Positions 24,539-37,300 of a stretch of DNA of 64,000 nucleotides are shown one piece after another. Numbering within the stretch: the stretch's first letter is position 1; every line of letters begins with the position of its first letter. The stretch is from Protoeuglena noctilucae (taxonomy: Eukaryota): positions 62,001-126,000 of the forward strand of contig OY253681.1 in NCBI GenBank assembly GCA_958009085.1. Direction: 5' to 3'. The translations under genes and the position numbers were made by a program. The notes beneath the pieces were generated by a model that saw nothing but the letters and a program-made list of their open reading frames with translations, searched no databases and had not been told where the DNA came from.

Positions 24539-26230
24539 TCAGCCGGGCTGGTCACCGCTGCGCTTGGCCCGCAGCTTCTTCACCCAGAGCTCCACCAGCG
24601 CCGGCTCCCCGCACGTGTTGACCAGGTCCGTGCCAAGGTCGGCCAGCGGCAGCACCGCATCGAATCTGCGCGACAACTTGCTCACAACAGCGCCAATGGG
24701 CGTCCTGCCCTTCCTGTCCCGCGCCTCGAGGTCTGCCCCGGCGTCCAGCAGCAGGTCCACGCACGCGGCGTGATGGACCCTGTGCAGGGGCGTCTGGCCT
24801 TGGATGCTGATGGCCCTGACGTCAGCTCCTGCCGCCAGCAGCAGCCGCGTAATCTCGACAGCCTCGGGCTCACTGTGACGTTCCACTGCCAAATGGAGAG
24901 CCGTGAGGCTCTTGCCCCCGAATGTAATGGACGTCCGCTCCCAGCTCGATCAGAGCTCGGACGGCGTTGACGCGGCCTTTACCGCATGCAAGTTGAAGCG
25001 GGGACTCGTGAAACCCATCGCTCTGGATGCTCGCCCCACGCGCTGCCAGCCGCTGCACCATCTCATAACTACGCGCCCAGTGAATCGGGGTCCATCCATC
25101 CATGTCCTTGGTCGTCACGTCGGCCCCCAGATCCACCAGGGTCTCTATGATGACCAGCTCGTCGTCGCGTGCTGCATGGAAGAGTACCGTGCGACGGCCA
25201 ACGACACGGACATCGACATCCGCCCCCGCCTCCGTTAGCCGCCTCACGATGCCCGGGGTCGGCTGACCTTCGCACACCGCGAATATCGTAAGATCTATGA
25301 CACCCGGCGCAACCTTGGCTGATGCCCCCGCCTCCAGCAGCGCCTCCACCACTGCCTCGTGACCCCCATACCCATCATGCACCAACGCCGTCGGCCAGTT
25401 ATGGGGTAGGTTGGGGTCGCCAGGCGCATCCACCTCTGCCCCCGCTGCCAGGCACATCTTCACTGCCTCCACGCAGCCCCGCGCCGCGCAGTATGTCATC
25501 AGCGGCCACGCTCCGTGCAGCCGCCGGTTGACGTCCGCCCCCATCGCCACCGCCGTCCGCACCATCCGCGCCACCTCCTCGTCCCCCAGCACCTGCACCC
25601 ACTCCACCTTGCCGTCCGCTCCACGCCCCACTGACCGCCGCGCCCGCACCGCCACCATCAGCGGCGATTGGTCCGGGAGCCCGTCGCCATCGCACTTGTC
25701 ATCGGACTCCTCGTCAGATGCCCACTCGTCACCGTGGTCGGCACCAACGGTCCAGGAAATGCCGTTCATGTCCGACTCCTCCGCCACCAGCAGGGCCAGC
25801 CACCACAGACCCATGCTCGCCAGGTGGTGCGCATGGGAGCCCTCGAGCACCCACACCGCCAGCGTGGAGACGATGAGCTGATCATCTCCTCGCTCGAGAT
25901 AATCGAAATCACTACGTATGTCATTCCTCCTGTCCTCCGCCGTGGCCCGGATGCCCCACGCCCTCCACACCTCGTCCACCTCATCGCGCATCTCCGGCGA
26001 CACCTGCCGCGCCGCCGTCGCGTCGCTCAGGGGCACCAGCCGCAGGATCTCGCGGTGCAGCTCCGCGGGCAGGTCGCCCCACCCTGCGCGCGCGACCGGC
26101 CGATGCCGGGGGCGTCCCGGCCCAGCCAAATGCAATGCAACTGCAGACGGCCTCGCTGCAGCGCCTCACCCACGCGCGGATCCCTCCGGCTGGCCCTCGA
26201 CGCTTGCTTGGTCTTCTTGCCTCCCGCCAT
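24539..26230 (-). CDS. F-box + ankyrin-repeat protein, with one apparent frameshift
   Basis: MAGGKK...[33 protein letters not shown] is F-box-like, followed by ankyrin repeats ([28 protein letters not shown]). A frame change in a G run near 24914-24919 joins ...DVHYIRG to [13 protein letters not shown]. Confidence 0.8.
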
Positions 26231-26777
26231 CGCGATCCCGTCTGCGGACACGCCCCCCGCGCACCGTCACGGCTGCCCAGGCACATGCCCCGCTCAACCA
26301 GTGCAGGCGCGGCGTCCGAGGTCCCGATGCCGGCGGTGTCCTGCCCAGCAGCAGCACGTCCACTCACGTGTCCTGCACTCGGCCTCGTCGGCCCCCGAAC
26401 AACGCAGCGCGGGCGCAGAGAAGGTTTCAAGTGACCAGGCTGGGTCCGGCTCACTCCGCTCGCGTCATTGCGACCGATGGCTCAGGCTCGCATCTGATGA
26501 CTCGCGAGATGTGCGCCACGACGGTCCCAGGGCCCGCTGTCGTCGGACGGGCCGCGCATCAGCAAGTGTCTCTCCGATCGCTTCTATGCACTCCACGATC
26601 GTCCACGGACACGCACAGGCAGCCGACTGCACCACGTGCGTCCTCGCTTGCTTGCAATCCGAGCCCGGCCGATGGGCTGGCCGGTCCGCGCAGCCGCCTT
26701 CAGCGTGTCCCCTAACCAGCTTTCTGGTCCTTCAAATCCCCTTACGTTCGTCACAACAATTGCCATCACGCTGTGAG

Positions 26778-28467
26778 TCAACCCCCCACGACCCCCGTGA
26801 TCCTCCACCTCCAGTAGTCAGCCCATTCAAACACATTGCGAGGCGAGCCATCCACACGCGTGACGCACGGGCCGCCCCCTGGGAGCGCCCATGACTCGCC
26901 CACAGCCAGGCGAGGTGCCAGGGCCATCTCGGCGCCACTCGACGACGCGGCAGGATCCCCTCCCTCCACGGCGCGCCCCACCCACCCCGCGACCACCGCG
27001 TTGACCACGTCCGGCGCCTCGTGGTGGGGGCTGCGAGCGGCACGGAGGAGTCAGCCTCGTGGGAGGCAGTGAGGCACTTGGGGCGTCGCGGCGTGCAGAC
27101 GCGTCCACCTCGGCAGCACAAGCGCCTCACCAGTGTCCCCCGGTCTCTTGCAGAGGCATCCATTGCAGCAGCACAAGCGCCTCACCAGTGTCCCGCGGGT
27201 GCGATCTCCCAGTACTCGAACGCCCTGCTCTGGCCCCGCAGCGCGCGGCTGGCCCGCTGGCCCCACAGGGGCACCACCCAGGGGTCGTCGCGGCCGTAGA
27301 GGAGGAGGGCGGGGGCGGTCACGGACGCGAGGGCCTCGTGGAATGGCCGGGAGGGGCGGGGGCTGAAGGCGATGGAGGCGAAGGCGTCGAGCGCGGCGGG
27401 GTGGAGGGTCGGGCGGAGGATGCCCGCCGTGAGGACGGGGCACGCGGCGGCAGAGGCGTCCACGTACACCAGCCGCAGCATGGCCGACACGGTCTGCGGA
27501 GGCGGCGGGGTAGCCAGGGCGCGTGGCACATTGTTCACTGGATGACCTGTTCGCGGGTTTGGGTCGCGGAAGTGATGTAGCTGCTGCCAGCGACACCCAC
27601 CTCTGGCCGGCGCAGCTGGTCCCACCAGAGACGCTGAATGACGGCCTTAAGCGGGCCCGGCGCAGGCACGGCGCCGTCCCAGAGCCACGAGGCCCGGGGC
27701 GCCGCGTCGGCCTCTGCCTCCGCGTCGGTCTTTGCCTTTTCGGGGGGCAGGAATCCCCAGAAGGGCGTGGCGTTGAGCAGCACGAGGCCCCTGCACACCT
27801 CCGGGTGCGCGCTGGCGAGGTGGGTGGCCAGGAAACCGCCCAGGGAGTTCCCGACCAGGACGACGGGCTCGCCGACGACGTGGAGCACGAAGTCACGCAG
27901 CATCCTGACCCAGGTGTCTGCGCTGTACCTGAGGCGCTCGCCGTCGTCCACCGCGCCCTCGCTGCCGTACTCCGCCGGCCAGCTGCGGCCCTGGCCGAGG
28001 ATGTCAAGCGCAAAGACGCGGTGGGTGGCAGAGAGCGCCTCCACCTGCCGAGAGAAGTGGAACCAGCCGACGCCGAAGCCCGGAACCAGGAGCAGCGGGA
28101 CACCGCGGTCACCCCTCCTGGGATCACGGAAAGGCTGCTAGGCTGGTAAAGAGAGGACACCTGGCGTGTCCTGCGCGCAGCAGCGCTCCTCGATCGTGGC
28201 ACACCTGACGAAGTGGATTCGCGAGCCCCACCGCCAGTCCCAGTACTCCCCCTCCTCGTCTATCGTGTACGTTACCGCCCGCTCGACTGGCGCGGCGCTG
28301 GAGGCCCTCGCCAGCACGCGACGACCCGATACGCGGCGCGCATCGCGTGCACCGAGGCATACTGGTGCTGGCAGCACTGGGACCACCGCCGACCGCGATG
28401 AGGTGGTCGCTGGCTCGCCCCCCCGTCCGGCTACGCTAGGCCGGGCGCGCAAGGCAATGGTTGTCAT
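26778..28467 (-). CDS. PPH: Pheophytinase-like alpha/beta hydrolase with putative plastid transit peptide
   Basis: Ala/Ser/Arg-rich N-terminus, LLLVPGFGVGWFHF, GNSLGG nucleophile elbow, LLNATPFWG (PPH-type motif), GRDDPWV, AGH|CPHHEAP. Confidence 0.8.
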
Positions 28468-29093
28468 CGACGGGGCCAAAATCAATGCCTGAGCCCCGCG
28501 AGGCTGGCTGGCGTGGTTCGCCGACGGCCCAGCTAGGTCCGAATGTCGCAATGTGACACAATGCGACACATCAGCGCTGAGATGAGATCGCCAGCTGTTG
28601 AAGGTTTGCTTGAAACCGCTAGGTCTGGCTTCCCACAGCCTGGACTGCAGCTTGCAGCATTGCTGCGCATGAACTATTGAAATCCTGCAGCCCCACAGCG
28701 GTGTGTGCTGGTTGCAGGGTGGCACGAATGCAAATGCTGAGCCGGGCTACGACGGGATCCGCGCAGCGGGGCCCCCACCAGGGTGAGAGGAGCCACGGAG
28801 TCGCACGAACGCATCGCTGCCTCGGGCCCGGCGGCGCTGCGGTCGCTGTGGAGCAGATTCCAGAGCGCTGATCCTGAGGACGGCACGCACCGGCGTGCCG
28901 CGAGGACAGGACGCGGCGGAGATGATCCTGACCTTGCCATCGCTTTGCACTTTGATCGCATGTGCTGACGTGACCGCGCTTGTGGCGCCGGTGGCTGAGG
29001 AACGCGTCGTGGAGTGGGTGCATGTCAACTACCCGCCCCGCGCGGCGTGGGCGCGACTGATGTCGTAGCGACGTTACCCATACAGATTTCTCT

Positions 29094-30040
29094 ATGCGAC
29101 CAATCTGCAGCGCGCAGGCATCGGCGAATGCGTTTGCTCCCGCGGCCGCATCGACCGGGTAAAGGGTCCCCACCCTCGCAGGGCCCCGCGCCGTCCCCTC
29201 GATCGCGCCAGCCATCGCCGCTGGCGTCGCCGCCGTGCATCTCTTCGTGACGCCCGTCGCCAACGCGGAGGTGACGAATCGGCCGCCCCTCTGGCCTGGC
29301 GGGCCCTGGTCCTGGTCCTTCGACGCCCGCACCGATCCCCCGCTCGCCCTGCGCGCTTGCAGGTTCGCCTGCCGCCCATCTCTAGCGACCCTTACCGCTG
29401 CCAGCGCGCGTTCGTGGGGAACACGATCGGCCAGGCCAACGCCGTGTCCGACACGGTCGTGGACCTCCGCCTGTGCGACCTCCGGGGGGCGGACCTGAAG
29501 GGCAAGACACTCTCGGGCGCGCTCATGTCCGAGGGCGACTTCTCGGGCTCCAACATGGTCGAGGCGGTGCTCACCAAGGTGTATGCCGTCAAGGCCAACA
29601 TGGTGCGCAGGGAGGGGACGACTGCTGTCATAACCACACAAGTGCCACCAGTGCGCCAGGGTGCGCTCACCCGACGCCTCTTTCATCTCGCAGTCGGGGG
29701 TGGACCTGACCAACGGGGTGGTGGACCGTGCGGACTTCTCGGGCGCCAACCTGTCGAACGCCAAGCTGGTGAACGCCGTCATCACGGGCACGACGTTCGT
29801 GGGGGCCAACCTGGAGGGCGCGGACTTCGAGGATGCTCTGATCGGGAACGAGGACGCCAAGGTGGGGACCAAGGATAGAGGGACGTGCGGTGCCGTGCTT
29901 AAGCCCTGCACATGGCGTTGGTGGGAGCACGCTGCAGCTGGATGGAAGTATCTGTATCGCGTCGCCCGCAGAGGCTGTGCGACAACCCCACCCTCAAGGG
30001 GACGAGCCGGGCGCAGGTCGGGTGCAAGGCCGGGCGGTGA
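29094..30040 (+). CDS. Thylakoid lumenal pentapeptide-repeat protein (TL17-like); start uncertain
   Basis: ANA cleavage-like site, then RLPPISSDPYRCQRAFVGNTIGQANAV, pentapeptide repeats (ADFSGANLSNAKL) and C-terminal LCDNPTL...VGC. The N-terminal frame has a TAA at 29160-29162. Confidence 0.85.
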
Positions 30041-30230
30041 CGGGCGTTGACGGTTGTGACTGTGAGGCCAGCGGTGTGCTACTTGAAAGCAGCGGCGGGA
30101 GAGCCACCCGTCCGACGGCGATAGGCGGGCGAAAGGAGCAGCGGCGCCCACGCGCGTAACTCGTGGGCCTGACTCTGAAACGCATGCGGCGCCCCGACTG
30201 GCCGGGGTGGCTGTCGCTGCGAGCGCCACG

Positions 30231-31351
30231 CTACTTGGCTCCGTCCTGGTACTTCTGGAGGACGTGCCTGGCGTACTCGTCCTTGTTGGCCCAGAGCTGC
30301 GCGGCGAGCTCGTTGAGGGGGCTGCTGGGGTTGGGGTCCCCCAACAGCGACTGGATGGACACCAAAATCGTCTTGACGCTGTACGCCGGCGACCACTTGT
30401 TCTGCGGGAAACTCGGCGGAGGTGGGCGGGGAGTCACGAAAGTGCGTCGCAAAAGCCTCGGGCCTCCATGCCAGGAGCCAGGGGAGCGGACCCGTGCCCA
30501 CGCACCCTCAGGATGTCGAGGCAGATGTCGCCCGCTTGGCTGACGTTGGGGTGGAAGCATGGAGTCTCAAATCGCACAGCGGGGGGGCGGAAGGGGTAGT
30601 CGCTGCCGAACTTCAGGGACAGCTTGAACCGCAGGCCTGCATATGGCGTCTCCTCGGCCCCCTCTATCGTCCCCAGCCATTGCAGGATGTTGTCGTTGGC
30701 GGGAAACGCCGAAATTCCCTTCTCTCCCGATGTCTGCGGGGACATTCGACCCAAGCGTGCGCGGACGGCCCGGCGGAGGCCGCAAGACCTAGCCACGTCC
30801 GTCGCTGCCCCGGGACGACGCGGCGCCCCGAGTGCCGGGTCCGGCGCACTCTAGGGGCTCTCCACGGCCTTTTGAACGCAACGCCGCTCACCATCACCGC
30901 CATGAGCTCCTGCTGAAGCCTGCGGAGACGGAAGGGCAGGAGGGGGGTTTCGCGGCTCTGGCCCTTCGCATCGAGCTCCACCGCGTCACGGAAGCGAATC
31001 GGGCGAAACAAACGACGCGATGGGGACGTAGCACCGCGGCTGAGGCGGCCGCAAGGCCAGGGGCATCCGCGTGGCGACGTGGAGGAACGGCGGGGCAGCA
31101 GCGGTGCGCGAGGCAGCGGGAGGGGCGAAAACCATGGCTAGTGCACGCGCACGGCAGCTCGGGAAGGGCTGCTCTCGCCGCTCGACGGGCAAGGCCGTGC
31201 GAGTCAACAACGCGTCGTCGCGGCGCGCTCCAGGGGCAGGCTCGCACCTCCGCGTCACCGCCTGCATGTCCGTGCTCCCAGCTTGTGCCTGCGCACACCC
31301 CTTCCCCGAAGCGGAGGCCGGCCCCGAGGGCTCCGAAGCCCGCTCCTCCAT
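30231..31351 (-). CDS. UBE2C: Ubiquitin-conjugating enzyme E2 C (UBC19/20-like)
   Basis: [25 protein letters not shown]...[40 protein letters not shown]...PLN; four exons. Confidence 0.92.
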
Positions 31352-31589
31352 CACGCGCCCAACCAGACCGCTGCTGTCCGCGATGTCACGGGTTAGATGC
31401 GGAGATTCGCGTGCGCGGGACTGGCCGGCCGGTCGCCGCGGCGCTGCGCCTGGGCACGCCGTCAGCCAGGCCTGCGCTCGCTGGCACGCCGTTGCCAGCC
31501 AGTCCGGACCCGCCCCGGGCCCTTCTTCAGCGCCGGCAAAACGCTTGTCTTTTACTTCAACGCATCCCGGTAAGGGACCCGACGAAGGC

Positions 31590-33997
31590 TCAGTTCAGGT
31601 CCGGCTGGCGGTTGGCCATGCGCAGCCGGTTCCACTGCCGGCCCGAGGGGTCGACCTGGCGCGGGGCCTGGATGATGACGGGGATGGGGAGGAAGCAGAA
31701 GTGCGTGTTGACGAGCCCGACCGTGGTGCACGTGTAGCCCGCGAAGGCGGCGTGGACGGCGCCCTGGGCGAGCGTGGTGCAGTAGATGCGGTCCTGGGTC
31801 ACGGTCGGGATGGAGCGGATCATGTACGAGGGGTCGATGTACTTGACGTCCGCGTCCTTCACCCGCGCCTTGACCTCCCGCTTCAGGAATAACCCGAAGT
31901 CCTGCAGGATGGGGTTGCCCGAAGCGTCCTTGGCGTCCGCGCTCTCGCTCTGCAGCAGGTCCTGCCCCGCGCCCTCGGCCACGCAAAGCACGCAGTTGCC
32001 CTTGCGCTCGAGGACCTCGTCGATGTACGTCATGACCTTGTCCAGCGTGAACCGGATCTGCAAGCGAGGCACACGCGGCAATGCGTGGGAATGTCGGTGC
32101 ATCCTGCATGTGTTGGTGGGGGTGGCAGGGGTCCCCCGCACGCGCGGGCGCGGTCCCAATGAACGCAGCTTGCCTCGGGGATGAGGCAGATGTCGACGAC
32201 GCCCGAGGCGAGGGAGGCATTCATGGCGACGAACCCCGACTGGCGTCCCATGAGGCGCACGATGCCCACGCCCCGGTGGGCACTGGAGGCCTCCACCTTG
32301 GCGGCGAGAATGGCGCGCTGGGCCTCCTCCACCGCCGTCTCGAACCCGAACGTCTTGTCGATGACCAGGATGTCGTTGTCAATCGACTTAGGCACCGCCA
32401 CCACCGAGCACACCACGCCCGCGCGGCGGCACTCCATGTCGATGGCGTTGGCAGCCGCGTTGCCCCTGCGAGCGGGCGACGGCGCGGCCCCGTCGCGCCC
32501 GGCAGGGTCCCAGGTGGCAAGCACGTGCGAGAGCTGTGATGAGGGTGCCCCCTGGGCTGCTCGTCTGCTCACCCGTTGCCCCCGAGCACGAACAGCATGT
32601 TGACTCCCCACAGGTCCAGGCGCCGGACAATGTCTGGCACGTTGGCGTTGCCGCGTGAGGTGCCCAGGATGGTGCCGCCCCTGCAGGTGTGAGGTGTGAA
32701 GAAAGGCAATCGCCTCAGAGAGAGACCGAACCGGAGATTGCAGCAGCCGATCAGCGGAAGGCGAGCGGGTCGTAGCTAATGCCGCCGCTGCCGCACTTGA
32801 GGTGGATGCCGTCGACGACCTCGCGCGTGAGGGGCATGGGCGGGATCTTGCGGTCAATGAAGCCACGGAGGCCGTAGCGCACGCCGAGGATCTGCTCCTC
32901 CGGGACGCCGTAGTCGAGCAGCATGTAGACGATGTTCTGCACGGGCAGCGCGAGGGCAGCGTGTCGGGCGAAGGTGAAGCTGGCGAGGCCCAAGCCTCGG
33001 TCCGTGCTACCGTCTGCGGCGCAGCTCGCCTGGATGATGTCGTTCAGGCCGGGACAGAGGCCCCCGCACGTGACGATGGCCGCCGTGACCTGCTTGGGCT
33101 CGAAATACACGTTGCGGCGGGGCCCCGAGCGAATGGCCCAGCTGCGGAAGCAGGGAAGGCGGCATCGTTCACTCGACTATAGTCAGGTCAAGTAGCTGGC
33201 TGGGACAGGACATCAGGCCGCAGGCAGCTGCTGAGACGGGAGGCGCCGGGCAGGGCGTTAAGCAGCTCACTTGGGGAGAGGCGCGCACTCGCCGTCGATA
33301 GACATCCCGTCGCATCCGCTCCCCGACGACTCGGGCGACTCGTACCGCACCGCCCTCAACGCCACGATGTCGTGGTCGCCGACAAACCCTGCGGGGGACG
33401 CCCCACCACGCTTCGCCATGGCTCGGTTCTCGCGTCGCCGCCCCAGCCGCGCCGGGCCCCCGATCCCCCATCCGCGCACGCTCACCTCCGCCGTAGTTGT
33501 TGTCGCGCTCGACAAGGGGACTGAGCCTTCTTTCGAGCTTGTCGCGGAGGTTGGGCAGCACCAAGACATCGTCTGCGCGCAGCGAGCGGGACGGCTTGCT
33601 CTCAGGGATCGCGGGATGGCGGACATGACGAGCCCACGTCATCCGATGACAGACGTCGAGTGGGATTGGACGCCAGCCGCGGCGTCGAGCGCGCGGGGGC
33701 AGCCAGCACGGGGTTCGTTGCTGTTTCATCGTCACCTTGCGACACCCCCGGGTACGCGCCGCCTTGCACGGTTATGATCTCCGACTTGACATTGGTGATG
33801 ACGTCGTCGTCCCTCCTCGAGCCGTCCTTCACGGCGTTCCCGTCGCTCGGCGTCCCGTTGGCGACGACCCGGCGCGCAGAGCGCTTAGATCCGCGCGAAG
33901 AGGACACCACCGCCGCAGTGAGTCTCCTAGATGCCGAGGACGGCGGGGCGCCGGCCCGGCACGACGCCCCGTGGGCGGCAAGGAGGGCGCCCGGCAT
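31590..33997 (-). CDS. PFK: ATP-dependent 6-phosphofructokinase, plant plastid type
   Basis: [75 protein letters not shown]; transit-peptide-like N-terminus. Confidence 0.93.
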
Positions 33998-34377
33998 CTC
34001 GGCGCGACTGGGGCGCGCTCGCTGCAAAATTCTCTCGACGATGGGTCTCCCGGCAATGGAAACGACGATTCTCGCCGCTCGCCACCCGCGTGGTGCGCCG
34101 AGGAAGGCCGGGGGCGCGGACAAACGGCCCTAATTCGTGTCAGTGAAACGGCAGGCGGATTGGCGCATCCCAGCGCGATGGAGGCTTGTTCAAGCATCGT
34201 GCAGGTCATCGATACTAAGATGAAACTAACTGCGATGCGTGTGGGTGGATGCCAAGAAAAGTGCATCAGAGTGGGTAAGAGTGCGCGAGTCCTAGCTGTC
34301 CTGCCTGTCCGGCCTGCCCTCAATTGCACTCTAGGTATATCACAGATCGTCTGCTATCTAGCTACTTCGTTCCTCAA

Positions 34378-37300
34378 TCACCTCCCCTTCTCCTCCCCAG
34401 TCGCCTCGTCGCCCTTCTCCTGACCCATCTCTTGCTCCCCCTCCTCCTCCCCAGACTTGCTCCCCCTCCCCCCCGTCCCCTCCAGCCCCTCCAAGTCCTC
34501 CTCATCCCCCTGCTCCTCCCCCTTCGCGCCGCTCCGCGCCTGCAGCCGCGTCATGCAGCCCCTCACCGCCGCCTGCACCGCCACCGCCGCGTGGTGGTGC
34601 GCCACCGAGTACTTGGGCGGCTTCGTGGGGTCGTGGCCCACCGTGCGCTTCAGCTTGCGCCAGAACCGCGCCTCCTCCTTGTGGTTCGACGCCACCAGCG
34701 CCTGCACCTCGTCCCGCAGCTGCAGAGATGAGGCGACAGGGGTCACGCGAAAGGGACGCTGAACATGAGAGAGGGTCGTGAACAAACATGATAAATGCGT
34801 CGCAGCTAAGGTGTACAAGTTACATCGGGGTATCACATGTCATGTCATGTCTTCCACCCACGCCCCGTGCTACCGGACCCCCCCCCCCCCAACATCACTG
34901 CTCGCCTGTGGCATGGCGTCGAGGGCGGCCTTGTGCGCCAGGGCGTAGAGGACTTCGTGGAAGGTCACCAGGCCATCGCGGTCGGGGATGTCGCAGCGGA
35001 GGAGGAACTGGGTGAGGGCCGAGAGCGACGCCTGCTGCCCGCCCATGCCCAGGGGGGGCGGCAGGTCATCGACGATGAAGGGCAGGCGGGGGGCAGGCAC
35101 GCGGCCTGTGCCGTCCGGGTCGTGCTTGCTCCACACCTCCCTGCGGGGATGAGATAGGAGCGGTGCGATGAGAGTTGAGTGGGGATTGAGATATGATCGA
35201 TGCATGGCTCGCGGCGCGCGTGGGACACGTAGGGGCATGCAGTGGCAGTGTGCAGTGCGAGGCGTGGCTCACCGGAAGAGCTGTATGTCCTCTTTGCGGA
35301 CAGCAAACGTCTCATCCTCGGAGGAATTCATGTAGTTGTCCAGAATGACGGCAATGATCATGTTGACCTGTGGGCGAAGGGTGAAGGGGGAGAGGCCGGT
35401 GGCAAGAGAGAGGTTATCGGCAAGAAAGAGACGCCTGAGTGATCAAGGCTGCCTCCGTCGCCTTTCTGTGATCGCCGCCGTCCGTCTCAGTACATGGATG
35501 CCTACCACTCTGTGTGCCTGCCACTCTATACATGCCGCCGCCGCCACGCATGCAACCCCCCCACCCCCGCGCAAGCAGCGCCACTCGCCATGAGGTACGA
35601 GATGAAGATGACGTAGGAGAAGAAGTAGAGGATGGAGTAGGCCGCGCCGATGGAGCACTGGTTGCGGTAGTCCACCCCGGCAGTCAGGCCGTACGTGTGC
35701 ACGTTGGGCTGCGACCCGTGTGGCCCGTTGACCCAGTCCCCGCTCCGCAGCCCCGCGGACGGCACGTCCCGCAGCATGAGCGCGCACGAGTCCACCACCA
35801 GCGTGTCGCGCATCACTTCCGTCCACGTCTCGCCCGTCGCAATCTGCAGCACCACGCCCATCGACCCCAGGAAACTGCCGAAGTTCTCGTGCCTGCGGGT
35901 GAGGAGGGAGGCAAGGGGCGCTACAGCTTGCAGGCTCAGGGCTAAGAGGAACGGCTCCCTGTGTCAGTTAAGTGACAGCAGCACTCGAGTGCTTGAGAGG
36001 GAGGCCAGGGCACGGGCCAGGCCTGCGCAGAGGCCAGGTCACCCCACGCGCGCCCTCGCTTGCACCAAGCTCGCGCCCTCACCTGTTCAGCGCGGTGCCG
36101 AAGCGGATGTTGCCGAACAGCTGCATCCCGACCACGGCGTAGATGAAGCTGAACAGCAGGAAGATGGCCCCGACGTTCCACAGCGCGGGCAGCGACGTCA
36201 GGAGGGTCTGCAGGAGCAGCCGCAGCCCCCGGGCGCGGGGCACGAGTCGGAAGATGCGTGCGACACGGAACACACGCACCAGCGCCACGACACCGAGCCC
36301 ACCCCGGGCGCTGGCGGTGGGCGCGGGCGCGAGGCCGATGCCGACGACGCTGGCGGCCGCGACGGCAAAGTCGAAGACGTGCCATGGATCGCGGAAGTAC
36401 CCCGTGGGCCCCAGGGCGGTGAGCTTGGCGGCGGCCTCGAAGCAGTAGCAGGCGGTGAAGGCGACGTTGGAGTAGAAGGAGAAGCGCTGCCATGGAGGGG
36501 ACATGTCGTAGTGATCCATGGCCATGGCGGCGATGTTGGCGACGACCACCGCCACCACCGCAGACTCGAACGCCGGGGCGGTGACGAGGTCGTAGCACGC
36601 GCGGCGGATGGGGCTGCGCTCGGGGCGCGGGGAGCGCCGCAGGGTGCCGGTAAGGATGGCCATGCGTCGTAGGTTGATCCACCGCTGCTGGTTCTCTGTC
36701 AGGAAGAGCGACCGCCCCTCGTTGCGTCGCTTCATCTGGCTGAAGCGGTCGACGAGGATGCCGACGAAGAGGCGGAGGAGGAAGAAGTTGGAGAGGAGCA
36801 TGAAGGCCACAAAGAAGGCCGAGGCGGCGCGGCGGGCGCCGCGGACGGGGGGCCGCGGCTGGCCGGTCGCCGGGTCGGGGCTCCGGGAGTCGACGGCTCG
36901 GAACATGACGTCCGACCACCCCTGCGCCGAGCTGACTTCGAAGAGCGTGAGGAGCGCGGCGCCCGTGTCGTCGAAGTGCTCGGGGTAGCGCTCCCACCGC
37001 GTGCTGACGGAGTAGGGCGGCACGGTGGCGTTGATGGCCGAGTGGAACCACGTGGAGGTGGCGGTGAGGATGCCGCTGGCGCACTCGGCTTGCGTGAAGC
37101 ACTGCCCGCGGGGACGGAAGCGGTAGCAGGGGAGGTCGTCGCCCGTATCCACGTCCACGCACCGCCCGAAGGCGCCCCCGAAGAACTGCACTCCCATCAC
37201 CGCTGCCACTAGGAAGAAGAGGAAGCACACGAGCAGCACGTTGACGACGGCGGGGAGGGTGCCGACGATGGCGGACACGATGACGCGGAGCTGGGGCAGG

